Below are positions 38,849-47,764 of a stretch of DNA of 64,000 nucleotides, in pieces; the stretch's first letter is position 1, and each line of letters opens with the position of its first letter. The position numbers and the translations under genes were made by a program. Source of the DNA: an uncultured Candidatus Saccharibacteria bacterium (GTDB lineage Bacteria > Patescibacteriota > Minisyncoccia > Phycocordibacterales > UBA918); contig CAYRMI010000001.1 in NCBI GenBank assembly GCA_964425625.1, positions 866 through 64,865 on the forward strand. Direction: 5' to 3'. The notes under the pieces were generated by a model. It did not search any database. It saw only the letters and a list, made by a program, of their open reading frames with translations, and was not told the origin of the DNA.

Positions 38849-38921
38849 TGGACTCTAGGGGAATCGAACCCCTTACCTCTTCCATGCCATGGAAGCGCTC
38901 TACCAAATGAGCTAAGAGCCC
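38849..38921 (-). tRNA. tRNA-Ala(GGC)
   Basis: GGGCTCTTAGCTCATTTGGTAGAGCGCTTCCATGGCATGGAAGAGGTAAGGGGTTCGATTCCCCTAGAGTCCA; G3:U70, A32-U38, CCA not encoded. Confidence 0.97.
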
Positions 38922-38971
38922 GTCATTAAAACAACTTGAGCATTATACGCACTTTTTATAAAATTCAAAGT

Positions 38972-39997
38972 CTATTCACTGGCTAATTTAACGCCGAAAA
39001 ACTCTTCGCCAGACTGCCACTGCTTAATATTATTAACAGTTGTTTCAGTAATTTCTCGCTTTGCTTCCTTGGTATTGAAGGCCATATGAGGAGTCATGAC
39101 GACATTTGGCATATCCAAAAGCTCATGTTCCGCAGCAAAAGCGCGCCAGATTTGCATATTAAGCTCTTCCTTTGCATCTACTAGCTTTAGTTCATCTTTT
39201 AGATATTCTTCTCCTTCATAAACATCTAGCCCTGCCCCTTTAAGTTGACCTGACTTTAAAGCATGAATTAAAGCCACTGTATCTATAAGACTACCTCTGG
39301 CTGTGTTTATCACGTAAGCCCCGGTTTTAGCTTTAGCAATAGTATTTTCATTCAATAAATGATGGTTTTCTGCTGTAGCTGGAACATGTAGGGTAATGAT
39401 ATCAGAAGCACCCAAAACGGTTTCCAATGATCCATATTGTATGTTAAATCGTGATGCAAACTCGTAGTCAGGATATAAGTCAAACGCCATAACATTCATG
39501 TGAAAACCACGCGCTATTTCACAAACTCTTTTACCAATTGCGCCCGTACCGATTACGCCAATAGTTTTTTCTGATAGATCAAATCCCTCATGCACTGTTA
39601 CGTCAATTTCACCACTAATACGTAATAACTCATACATTGAATTAATTTTTCGCGACAAAGTGAGAATGAGCGCGAAGGTATGTTCGGCCACAGTCTGTGA
39701 CCCATAGTGAGGGACATATGAAACTTGAATACCTTTTGCATTTGCATGAGCGACATCCACATGGTCATAGCCGGTAGATCGCAAAGCAATATGTTTGAGG
39801 CTTGGCATTTCATCAATCATCTTGGCCGATAACCGTGAATTTACAAAGATAGATAATACTTCACAATCACGTATTACTTCTGGCAGACCGTCAGACTCAC
39901 CAATCGTGTCTCCGTAAAGGATAATTTCATGGTTAGGTAATAGTTCTCTTACAATAGATTCTTCATTTAGATATGGTGTTATGTAGGCGATTTTCAT
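38972..39997 (-). CDS. D-isomer-specific 2-hydroxyacid dehydrogenase (D-lactate dehydrogenase-like)
   Basis: RSTGYDHVD, GVIGTGAIG, INTARG, GLDVYEGE, TPHMAF. Confidence 0.9.
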   Translation of the reverse strand: MKIAYITPYLNEESIVRELLPNHEIILYGDTIGESDGLPEVIRDCEVLSIFVNSRLSAKMIDEMPSLKHIALRSTGYDHVDVAHANAKGIQVSYVPHYGSQTVAEHTFALILTLSRKINSMYELLRISGEIDVTVHEGFDLSEKTIGVIGTGAIGKRVCEIARGFHMNVMAFDLYPDYEFASRFNIQYGSLETVLGASDIITLHVPATAENHHLLNENTIAKAKTGAYVINTARGSLIDTVALIHALKSGQLKGAGLDVYEGEEYLKDELKLVDAKEELNMQIWRAFAAEHELLDMPNVVMTPHMAFNTKEAKREITETTVNNIKQWQSGEEFFGVKLASE

Positions 39998-40090
39998 AGG
40001 ATTCAAAGTATAACATTTTTTGTTGTCCTGTGTTTTGAACGTGTTTAAAATTTAAAGCCACAAAGCTTTGCTTTGTGGCTTAACATTACT

Positions 40091-40229
40091 AGAAGATTCG
40101 GTCACGAATCACTAAGTATATTAGTTCTCCGCCAGCTGGCGGATCCGACTCCTAATTTACTAAGTGTTCTTGACCACGACTCGCCGGCCCAAAGGGTCCC
40201 CGGCTCCGTCTTTCGAATCTTCTCTGGTC
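40091..40229. repeat. tRNA-end-bounded structured unit, family A (copy A3, tRNA-Ala(UGC) arms)
   Basis: gaagattcg-gtcac ... gacc.cgactcgc.ggcccaaaggg.cccc..gtctttcgaatcttctctggtc; core matches A1/A2, arms match tRNA-Ala(UGC). Confidence 0.85.
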
Positions 40230-40232
40230 GCA

Positions 40233-40280
40233 AAACGGTAAAGACCGTAAACACTTTCGTGTTTACGGTCTTTACCGTTT
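40233..40280. repeat. Perfect 22-bp hairpin spacer between units A3 and B2
   Basis: aaacggtaaagaccgtaaacac-tttc-gtgtttacggtctttaccgttt (GAAA loop on the minus strand). Confidence 0.9.
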
Positions 40281-40281
40281 G

Positions 40282-40453
40282 TGGACCAGAGAATTCATCC
40301 TGACGGTCACCGACGTACTTTGCTCCAAGTTTTCGCAAAGATACGTGGTGCCGCGGGACACGCCTCGACTGTCGTACTCGCTCCGCTCCGTGCGACCTGT
40401 CTCCGGCGTTCGAATCTTCACGTAAAGTGTCTACACACTTTACTTCTGGTCCA
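40282..40453. repeat. tRNA-end-bounded structured unit, family B (copy B2)
   Basis: Arms tggaccagagaa / gttcgaatcttc[25-nt hairpin]tctggtcca; core matches B1. Confidence 0.85.
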
Positions 40454-40486
40454 AACAAAAAACCGCTAAAGCGGTTTTTTGTTTTG

Positions 40487-40559
40487 TGGACCAGAGAAGA
40501 TTCGAACTCCCTGCCTCCTCAGTGCAAATGAGGCGCTCTACCAAGTGAGCTACTGGCCC
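40487..40559 (-). tRNA. tRNA-Ala(UGC)
   Basis: GGGCCAGTAGCTCACTTGGTAGAGCGCCTCATTTGCACTGAGGAGGCAGGGAGTTCGAATCTTCTCTGGTCCA; G3:U70, CCA not encoded. Confidence 0.97.
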
Positions 40560-40624
40560 AACCATACTTTACTTCCAAACTGAAAGTAGCACTATGATAA
40601 TAGAAGTTGGCTAGAAGTCAATAC

Positions 40625-41206
40625 TTAGTACCCTAGCAACCAGGGCTTTATTGGGTCTTTTGATACCTCTTTACCAATTTTAAGAACGTTACCTTGCCAC
40701 GAAACTTCGGCTACGGCAGTGGTAAGTAAGTCTACTCGATTACCATTATTTCGTAACGGGTAAATTGCATCTGCCAAGACATCATAGACAAAAGGTCGAC
40801 AAGTCTCACTAGTAGCTTCATATTGTTCACAGAAAAAAACATACTCTTCACTTGGCGAAGCTGAAAAACTTAGTGGAGCGGTATGAGTTCCTTGTGCTTC
40901 AAACTCTACTCCTGCTTCAATACCGCTAATTTTAGGATCAAAACTCAGTACCTTTACACCATCTAACACCTCTATCTCTAACATACCGTTATTGTAGCGG
41001 ATGTTACTTTTTGCTTCCTCAGCAGTTGCTTGGGTCTCTAAACCTTCTTCTCTTGATATTGCTTGTGCTAATGAAGCTGATTGGGTATTTATGACTAAAG
41101 TGTCTAAATTAGCTTCAGGCTTTGAATACCAAATAAAAGCCGTTAGTACTCCTATGAAATAAGCTATCGCAACTAAGGCTGCCCGTTCATGTCTTGATCC
41201 TTGCAT
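40625..41206 (-). CDS. Hypothetical membrane-anchored extracellular protein
   Basis: N-terminal TM; SPSEEYVFFC..CRPFVYD resembles a propeller blade. Confidence 0.7.
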   Translation of the reverse strand: MQGSRHERAALVAIAYFIGVLTAFIWYSKPEANLDTLVINTQSASLAQAISREEGLETQATAEEAKSNIRYNNGMLEIEVLDGVKVLSFDPKISGIEAGVEFEAQGTHTAPLSFSASPSEEYVFFCEQYEATSETCRPFVYDVLADAIYPLRNNGNRVDLLTTAVAEVSWQGNVLKIGKEVSKDPIKPWLLGY

Positions 41207-41252
41207 ATGGTTTAATTATAAGTAATAAATTAGTGTATTTCTTAAGTTATCC

Positions 41253-42221
41253 TCATCTTGAGGCTGTTTCTATCAAATGACAGATAAGCTGGTCATACGT
41301 CAAGCCTACCGCTTCAGCCGCCTTAGGGTATAGTGACTCACTTGTAAGTCCCGGTAAAGTGTTAACCTCAAGGAAATATGGTTGACCATTTCTGACAATA
41401 AAATCAGTTCTTGAGTATTGAGATAGACCAAGTTCTCGATGGACCAATTCAGTGATTTCAGCCAACTTTATTCTTTCCTGATAGGAAAAATTACCCGGGC
41501 AAATTTCCTGTGTTTTACCACTATACTTGGCTTCTTTATTAAAAAATTCCTGATCTGATGGAGGAATTATTTCAATAACCGGAAACACGTACAAATCCTC
41601 ATGGCGAAAATTTTCTAAAGTAGCACAAGTGGCTTCTCGGCCACGAATAAACTCCTCCACCATGACCTCCTTAAAAATCGGGAGAACTTGCTGTAGCGCC
41701 TTAGAAAGATCTTCTCTTGTACGCACTAATTGTACTCCGACCGATGACCCACTGGAGAGAGGCTTGATTATAAGTTCATCTCCGAATTTATTGACTATAT
41801 CGTTAATAACAGTCTCTAAATTATTTAGATCTTCTTTAGTAATTAATTTGTCTTCCGGCATAACTACACCATGCTGTCTAAGAGTACGTTTAGTTAGGGC
41901 TTTATTGAAAGCTATAGCTGAAGGCAATGAACGACTACCGGTAAAGGGTAAATTATGCCGTTGGATTAATTTTTGTACTTCACCATTCTCACCGTAATTA
42001 CCATGAAGCGCTAAGAAAACTACATCAGTACTAACTAGTATCTGCGCTGGTGATTTTACTATTCCATGTTGTAACCAATCTCCTTGTTTAGTAATAACAA
42101 TATCACTAACCGAATTAAACTGCTTATTAAGCGATCGCACTACATTTGCGCCAGTTTGCATGGAAACATCATACTCATCGCTAGGACCACCCCGCAAAAC
42201 TGTAATCCGCTTATGGTTCAT
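41253..42221 (-). CDS. ddl: D-alanine--D-alanine ligase
   Basis: GGPSDEYDVS, ALHGNYGENG, GSSVGV, EAKY, LEVNTLPGLT. Confidence 0.95.
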   Translation of the reverse strand: MNHKRITVLRGGPSDEYDVSMQTGANVVRSLNKQFNSVSDIVITKQGDWLQHGIVKSPAQILVSTDVVFLALHGNYGENGEVQKLIQRHNLPFTGSRSLPSAIAFNKALTKRTLRQHGVVMPEDKLITKEDLNNLETVINDIVNKFGDELIIKPLSSGSSVGVQLVRTREDLSKALQQVLPIFKEVMVEEFIRGREATCATLENFRHEDLYVFPVIEIIPPSDQEFFNKEAKYSGKTQEICPGNFSYQERIKLAEITELVHRELGLSQYSRTDFIVRNGQPYFLEVNTLPGLTSESLYPKAAEAVGLTYDQLICHLIETASR

Positions 42222-42407
42222 ATTTTTATTATATCACGACCAATAGCTACTGGTCTTAGGTATTGGAGTAAATAAGTAATAGTTTGTAGCGTTAGAAAAC
42301 ATATATTTATAAGTAATTAATCTACGATCAGCCCTTAAATATCTATAAAATTAGATTTATGATATTAATCTGATCGTAATCATTACTTGTCCACAGGCCA
42401 TAAATTC

Positions 42408-43643
42408 TTAGTTTTTCATTCTTTTACTTCTTAAGTTACGGTGGTAAGTTATGGCAAATCGGTGGGCTTCATGATTGGCTAGTAAAATTTCAAATTTGTA
42501 TATATTTACAATAGAAGGCAAGCCAATTATTCTTTCTGGTTTATGTTGTTCATTCTTAGTTACCGCCACAACATCAATGTTCAGTCTATACTCCAATAAC
42601 ACTTCTTCCGCCACTTTCTTTTGCACTTCATTACCGTCTATTACTACCAACTTTGGAAAGTTCCACTCTGGATGGGAAAAACGTCTTTTCAGCAGTTCTC
42701 TTAGGGCGCCAGGGTCATTGGCTTTGGTAATCGAATTTATCTTAAATTTCCGATACTCCTCTTTTCTAGCTTCTTGACCTACCACTACTGTCATTACACC
42801 CACCATATCATTTCCAGCCAAGTGCGCCACGTCATACGCCTCTATGCGAACAGATCCAACATCAGCAAATTTTTCTCTTTCGTGTTTAATCAAGGCAATA
42901 TCTTCTATATGCTTAAGAGCAAAAATCTTTCTTTTAACTACTTGTGCGTCTTCAAATTTCTCAATTTTGGCCGAATGATGCATTGTTTTTTCTAGCTCCT
43001 TAATAATCTGCATTTTTTTGCCTGAGAAAAACATTTTTAAGTGACGAATAGTTCTTTTGTATTCCGTTTTTTGTCCTAATTCAGGATAGAGGCCTATTTG
43101 TCGATTAAAATCTATTTGGCCACGCACTACTTTTGATTTTTCTATCCCAATTGACTTAGGAGTATCATAGTACTGAAATAATCTTCGTACTATTTTCAAC
43201 GCATCACGCAACAGACTTCCACTGGTAAAAGGCCCAAAATAACAATCTACCTCCTTGCTGGTAAATTTCTCGGTCAAATCTTTACCTCGCACCACGAGCA
43301 CTCTAGGCCATTCTTCTTTGGTAATGACGATATGGTTATAACTTTTGTCGTCTTTACTTTTGGTATTGTATTTGGGCTTATGTGAACGGATTAAATTTGT
43401 TTCTAGAATAAGCGCTTCTAGTACACTGTCCGTTTCTGTGAATTCTACCGACACTGATTCATTTACCATTTGTTCGATAAGTGTCGATCTATTCTCTTTG
43501 AGGTTAGGCAAGAAATAACTAGCCACTCGATTCTTTAGTGAAGTTGCTTTACCTATATACAATATTTTTTTATGCTGACCAACAAAGAAATATACACCGG
43601 GACTATCTGGTAGTTTAATAGTTTTAAGATCTGTCTTATTCAT
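42408..43643 (-). CDS. uvrC: Excinuclease subunit C, short form (GIY-YIG, UVR, RNase H-like domain; no HhH)
   Basis: PGVY..LYIGKA..LKNRV.SYF, IEAYDVAH, VIDG, EAHRFAITYHR at the C-terminus. Confidence 0.88.
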   Translation of the reverse strand: MNKTDLKTIKLPDSPGVYFFVGQHKKILYIGKATSLKNRVASYFLPNLKENRSTLIEQMVNESVSVEFTETDSVLEALILETNLIRSHKPKYNTKSKDDKSYNHIVITKEEWPRVLVVRGKDLTEKFTSKEVDCYFGPFTSGSLLRDALKIVRRLFQYYDTPKSIGIEKSKVVRGQIDFNRQIGLYPELGQKTEYKRTIRHLKMFFSGKKMQIIKELEKTMHHSAKIEKFEDAQVVKRKIFALKHIEDIALIKHEREKFADVGSVRIEAYDVAHLAGNDMVGVMTVVVGQEARKEEYRKFKINSITKANDPGALRELLKRRFSHPEWNFPKLVVIDGNEVQKKVAEEVLLEYRLNIDVVAVTKNEQHKPERIIGLPSIVNIYKFEILLANHEAHRFAITYHRNLRSKRMKN

Positions 43644-43722
43644 TTTTAAGCTAACTTGTTTTTAACACACTTTCAACGGTTACTCATACTTTTACTTTTA
43701 ATACCACAAATTGGTTTAGGTA

Positions 43723-46380
43723 TTATTTATTTAAAGCCTTTTTTAAGTATTGTCCGGTAAATGACTTTGGGTTTTCCGCTACCTCCTCTGGTGTGCCCTT
43801 AGCTACAATATCGCCACCTTTAGCGCCTCCTTCGGGTCCGATATCAATAATATAATCAGCATTTTTTATCAGATCTAGGTTATGTTCAATTACCATGACA
43901 GTATTGCCCCGGTTTACTAATTCCTGGAGAATTTTGATTAGCATTTTAACATCCTCATAATGTAGACCAATCGTTGGTTCATCAAGCAAGTAGATGGTCT
44001 TTTGGGTATGCGGTTTGTAAAGTTCGGAGGCAATTTTTACTCGTTGAGCCTCTCCACCGGAGAGTGTAGTAGCACTTTGACCTAATTCGAGATAACCCAA
44101 ACCCACATCAATTAAAGACTTTAGCCTCTCTTCAATACTGGGTACATCTGAGAAAAAAGCGTGGGCTTCTTCTATTGTTAAGTGTAGAACTTCGTGGATA
44201 TTTTTCTTTCGGTATGTCACTTCCAGGGTTTCTTTAGTGAAGCGCTTACCATCACATACGTCACAGGTCACATAAACAGTCGGTAAAAAGTGCATTTCTA
44301 CGGCTATTTCACCATTTCCTTGACAGGCTTCGCAACGACCACCTTTGACATTAAAACTAAATCGACCAGGTTTCCACCCACGCGCTCTTGCTTCACCGGT
44401 AGCAGCAAACATATCACGAATATGAGAAAAGGCTCCGGTGTAAGTGGCAGGGTTACTACGTGGTGTACGACCGATGGGAGATTGATCAATTAAAATTGAA
44501 CGTCCCAGATACTCACTACCCGTAAAACTCTTACAATTATAGGTATGCGGTGTGCGAAATCGCTTCTCTAGCCTTGATTTAAGATTTTTGTCGACTATTT
44601 CATACATGAAGGTTGACTTTCCAGAACCAGACACCCCAGTCACACAAGTCAATCTTCCCAAGGGAATATCAACATTTAGATTCTTTATGTTAAAAGCCTT
44701 ACCGCCTCTTATTTTTAAAGAACCTTTCTCACTATCGCGACGCTCGGGAACGGTGATGTTTTTATCTCCTCTAAGGTAATCCAAGGTGACTGAGCCAGAA
44801 TTATTTTTGGGTGAGCTAAGTAATTCATCTAGAAAACCGGCTACTACCACTTCCCCACCATGCACACCCGCTCCAGGACCGATGTCAATTAAATAATCAG
44901 CCGCATAAATAGTATCTTCATCATGTTCAACGACAATTATGGTATTGCCCAAATCGCGCAGTTCGGTCAGGGTTTTTATCAAACGATCGTTATCTCGTTG
45001 ATGTAAACCAATAGTCGGTTCATCGAGTACATAAAGGGCCCCGACTAGACCAGAGCCAAGCTGTGAAGCCAGTCTAATCCGCTGTGCCTCTCCACCAGAG
45101 AGTGTATTGGCACGACGATCAAGGGTTAGATATTGAATACCGACATTACTCATAAACTGTAATCGTTCAATGATTTCTCGCAAAGCTGGCCAAGCGATAT
45201 CTTGTTGTTTCTTTGAAAGTTTAAGACTATCAATAAAAGTCGAGGCTTCAGTTACTGTCATTTGGGTAAAACCGACGATATTAATACCTAAGTCTTTTTT
45301 TCCATCACCACCCAGGTAAACACGCATGGCTTCTTTACGGAGACGAGCCCCTTTACAAGCTGGGCATTCATCAGACTGAAAAATTCCTACCACACCGAGT
45401 CCATTACACTCAGGGCAGGCACCATAGGGTGAGTTAAAAGAAAATAATCTTGGTTCTACTTCCGGAAATGAAGAGCCATCCACCGGACAGATAAATTTAG
45501 CAGAGAGGGTACGCAGACTACCGTCTGGACTCTCCACTTTGACCAGACCTCCAGCTTCATGCAAAGCGATCTCTACTGCTTCTGAGAGGCGTTCGCGTGA
45601 GCCTTTAGGGTCTGTAGTAAATTCACTCACGTATATTTCATCAATCAAAACATCTATGTCATGACGTTTGGTTTTGGTCAGGATAATTTTCTCTCGCAAT
45701 TGCTTTATTTCCCCATCTATCTTAACAGTTTCAAAGCCCTTGCCCAGTAGATCATAGAGCATCTGATAATATTCTCCCTTTCGACCGACTACGACCGGGG
45801 CAAAGATAGACACCCGCCCTTTGGACAATTCAATTCCCATCACTTTTTCTGATTGCTGGCGAGTTGCTTCTTTAACTTCACGGTTTTCAATTGACTCAAG
45901 AATGATACGCAAAATTTCATCTTGTGATAGTTTTTGAATCGGTACATCAACATCCAAGCAATATGGTTGACCTACTCGCGCGTACAGGATACGAAGATAG
46001 TCATAAATCTCTGTGACAGTAGCTACTGTCGAACGGGGGTTGCGCGAAGCTGACTTTTGATCAATCGAGATAGCTGGTGAAAGACCAGAAATCTCATCAA
46101 CATCTGGTTTCTGAAGCTTATTTAAAAATTGTCGAGCGTAAGGTGAAAGAGATTCGACGTAGCGTCGTTGTCCTTCAGCAAAAATAGTATCAAAAGCTAG
46201 CGAAGACTTACCCGAGCCTGAAGGACCGGTGATAGCTATCATTTTCCCACGCGGCATTTCTACGGAGATATTCTTAAGGTTGTGGGTACGAGCGCCACGC
46301 ACGACAATTTTGCCTCCAGAGATATTAGAATTCTTATCTTCCCAGGTAGTTTTAGTTTTCTTAATTGGCTTATTGGACAT
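43723..46380 (-). CDS. uvrA: Excinuclease ABC subunit A
   Basis: Two ABC ATPase modules ([26 protein letters not shown] twice), C-terminal zinc finger. Confidence 0.97.
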   Translation of the reverse strand: MSNKPIKKTKTTWEDKNSNISGGKIVVRGARTHNLKNISVEMPRGKMIAITGPSGSGKSSLAFDTIFAEGQRRYVESLSPYARQFLNKLQKPDVDEISGLSPAISIDQKSASRNPRSTVATVTEIYDYLRILYARVGQPYCLDVDVPIQKLSQDEILRIILESIENREVKEATRQQSEKVMGIELSKGRVSIFAPVVVGRKGEYYQMLYDLLGKGFETVKIDGEIKQLREKIILTKTKRHDIDVLIDEIYVSEFTTDPKGSRERLSEAVEIALHEAGGLVKVESPDGSLRTLSAKFICPVDGSSFPEVEPRLFSFNSPYGACPECNGLGVVGIFQSDECPACKGARLRKEAMRVYLGGDGKKDLGINIVGFTQMTVTEASTFIDSLKLSKKQQDIAWPALREIIERLQFMSNVGIQYLTLDRRANTLSGGEAQRIRLASQLGSGLVGALYVLDEPTIGLHQRDNDRLIKTLTELRDLGNTIIVVEHDEDTIYAADYLIDIGPGAGVHGGEVVVAGFLDELLSSPKNNSGSVTLDYLRGDKNITVPERRDSEKGSLKIRGGKAFNIKNLNVDIPLGRLTCVTGVSGSGKSTFMYEIVDKNLKSRLEKRFRTPHTYNCKSFTGSEYLGRSILIDQSPIGRTPRSNPATYTGAFSHIRDMFAATGEARARGWKPGRFSFNVKGGRCEACQGNGEIAVEMHFLPTVYVTCDVCDGKRFTKETLEVTYRKKNIHEVLHLTIEEAHAFFSDVPSIEERLKSLIDVGLGYLELGQSATTLSGGEAQRVKIASELYKPHTQKTIYLLDEPTIGLHYEDVKMLIKILQELVNRGNTVMVIEHNLDLIKNADYIIDIGPEGGAKGGDIVAKGTPEEVAENPKSFTGQYLKKALNK

Positions 46381-46442
46381 AATCTTACAAAGTAGTATTA
46401 GAGTATACTGACTCTTTTGATTGTTGCAAACTCATGGGCAAA

Positions 46443-47762
46443 CTAGTCATTTATTGGAACAGTCACAATAACATGTGTACCCACACCTTTAATTGACTCC
46501 AATTCAATTTTTCCACCCAATTGTTGCACTAATTGTCGGGTAATCCACATACCAAGACCGGTGCCAGTCACCGATTCGAGTTGACTTTTATCACCTACTC
46601 GTACAAAGGGTGAAAAAACTTTCTTTTGGTCATCAGCACTAATACCCCTTCCGGTATCAGCCACGATAATATTAATATCTTTAAAACTCTTTTCCAGTGA
46701 GACAGTAATGGTGCCGCTTGGGGTGTATTTGATGGCGTTACTTAAAACATTAGTGATTACTTGCTCAAGGCGTTTGGCGTCAGTTTTTGTCGTTATAGCT
46801 ATTTTAGGGAGAACTTTCTTTAAGACCAATCCCTTTTCGTTAGCTGTCAGTTCGGAGGCCTCAACAGTTCTCGTTATCAAACTAGTAATGTCAGTCTCAG
46901 ACCAAGTCAAAGGTAGTTGCCCAGATTGAATTCGGGCTGCTTCTAGAAAATCGTTTACCAAATTTACCAAACGGGAGGTCGATTCACGAATTTTTTGCGC
47001 ATAACCAATTTCCGTTGGAGGTACAACTTTGGACTCCTCTATCATACTCGCATAGCCACGCATGGCCGTGAGCGGAGCTCTTAACTCATGAACTAAACTG
47101 TTCATAAAAAGGTCGCGTTCGTTTAATGTCTGACTTTTTTCTTTGTATAGATATTGGTAATTGATTTGCTTAACCAACCAATAAGTAAGAAAAATTATGA
47201 AGATGAAAATTAAAGCTAAGTAAATTAACGGTCTGTCTGCTCGAGCATAAAATATTTTATAGGTTGAAGAAAAATTATGTTCAGTAAAAATATATCGCAC
47301 AGTACCATCTAAATCAGTAATAGATCGAAAAACTTGCATCAGGTGTAAATCGGCACTTTGGTATGGGTAAACAATGGAAGTTCCTGATTTAATTAGAGCA
47401 CTCTTAAATGGTTCGGGTGTTTGAACCGTTCGATTGACTTGACCACCAAAAGCATCGTACTCAACTACCAGCAAACCATCTACTTCCTTCACTATTTGTA
47501 GCTTAACAATCTCCTTCTGCTTGGAGGTAATTAATTTTGATACTTGATCTATGGTCCCTGTCAAAATAGCCACCTCAATAGCGTCTTGGATGGTGGATAC
47601 CTCTGATACCAAAACTGTCTCCAGGTTATCTTCTGCAACATTGGCCTCTGATGTATAGAAAAATACAAATAAGAGTGGGAATATTACCACCAACACAATA
47701 ACTATCCAGAGACGCGAGTCAGTGGTAAGAGCTAGTAAACCACGATGAAAAATCTGCATCAT
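46443..47762 (-). CDS. Membrane sensor histidine kinase
   Basis: Two TMs with extracellular loop; HELRAPL, NAIKYT, DTGRGI, GTGLG boxes. Confidence 0.92.
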   Translation of the reverse strand: MMQIFHRGLLALTTDSRLWIVIVLVVIFPLLFVFFYTSEANVAEDNLETVLVSEVSTIQDAIEVAILTGTIDQVSKLITSKQKEIVKLQIVKEVDGLLVVEYDAFGGQVNRTVQTPEPFKSALIKSGTSIVYPYQSADLHLMQVFRSITDLDGTVRYIFTEHNFSSTYKIFYARADRPLIYLALIFIFIIFLTYWLVKQINYQYLYKEKSQTLNERDLFMNSLVHELRAPLTAMRGYASMIEESKVVPPTEIGYAQKIRESTSRLVNLVNDFLEAARIQSGQLPLTWSETDITSLITRTVEASELTANEKGLVLKKVLPKIAITTKTDAKRLEQVITNVLSNAIKYTPSGTITVSLEKSFKDINIIVADTGRGISADDQKKVFSPFVRVGDKSQLESVTGTGLGMWITRQLVQQLGGKIELESIKGVGTHVIVTVPIND

Positions 47763-47764
47763 AG

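Noticed and set aside
38312-38850. CRISPR array interpretation of the repeats
   Set aside because: Repeats alternate in orientation, derive from the tRNA, have irregular spacing, and no cas operon is present.
40073-40469. ORFs 40073..40303, 40102..40458 and 40281..40469
   Set aside because: Shadow ORFs; the KTVKTVNT/VFTVFTV pattern is just the translation of the 22-bp palindrome.
38506-40487. Classical integrative island or prophage with attL/attR, carrying the dehydrogenase
   Set aside because: No integrase is present, tRNA-end copies occur as inverted pairs only about 150 bp apart, and the dehydrogenase is not bracketed by direct repeats of one tRNA.
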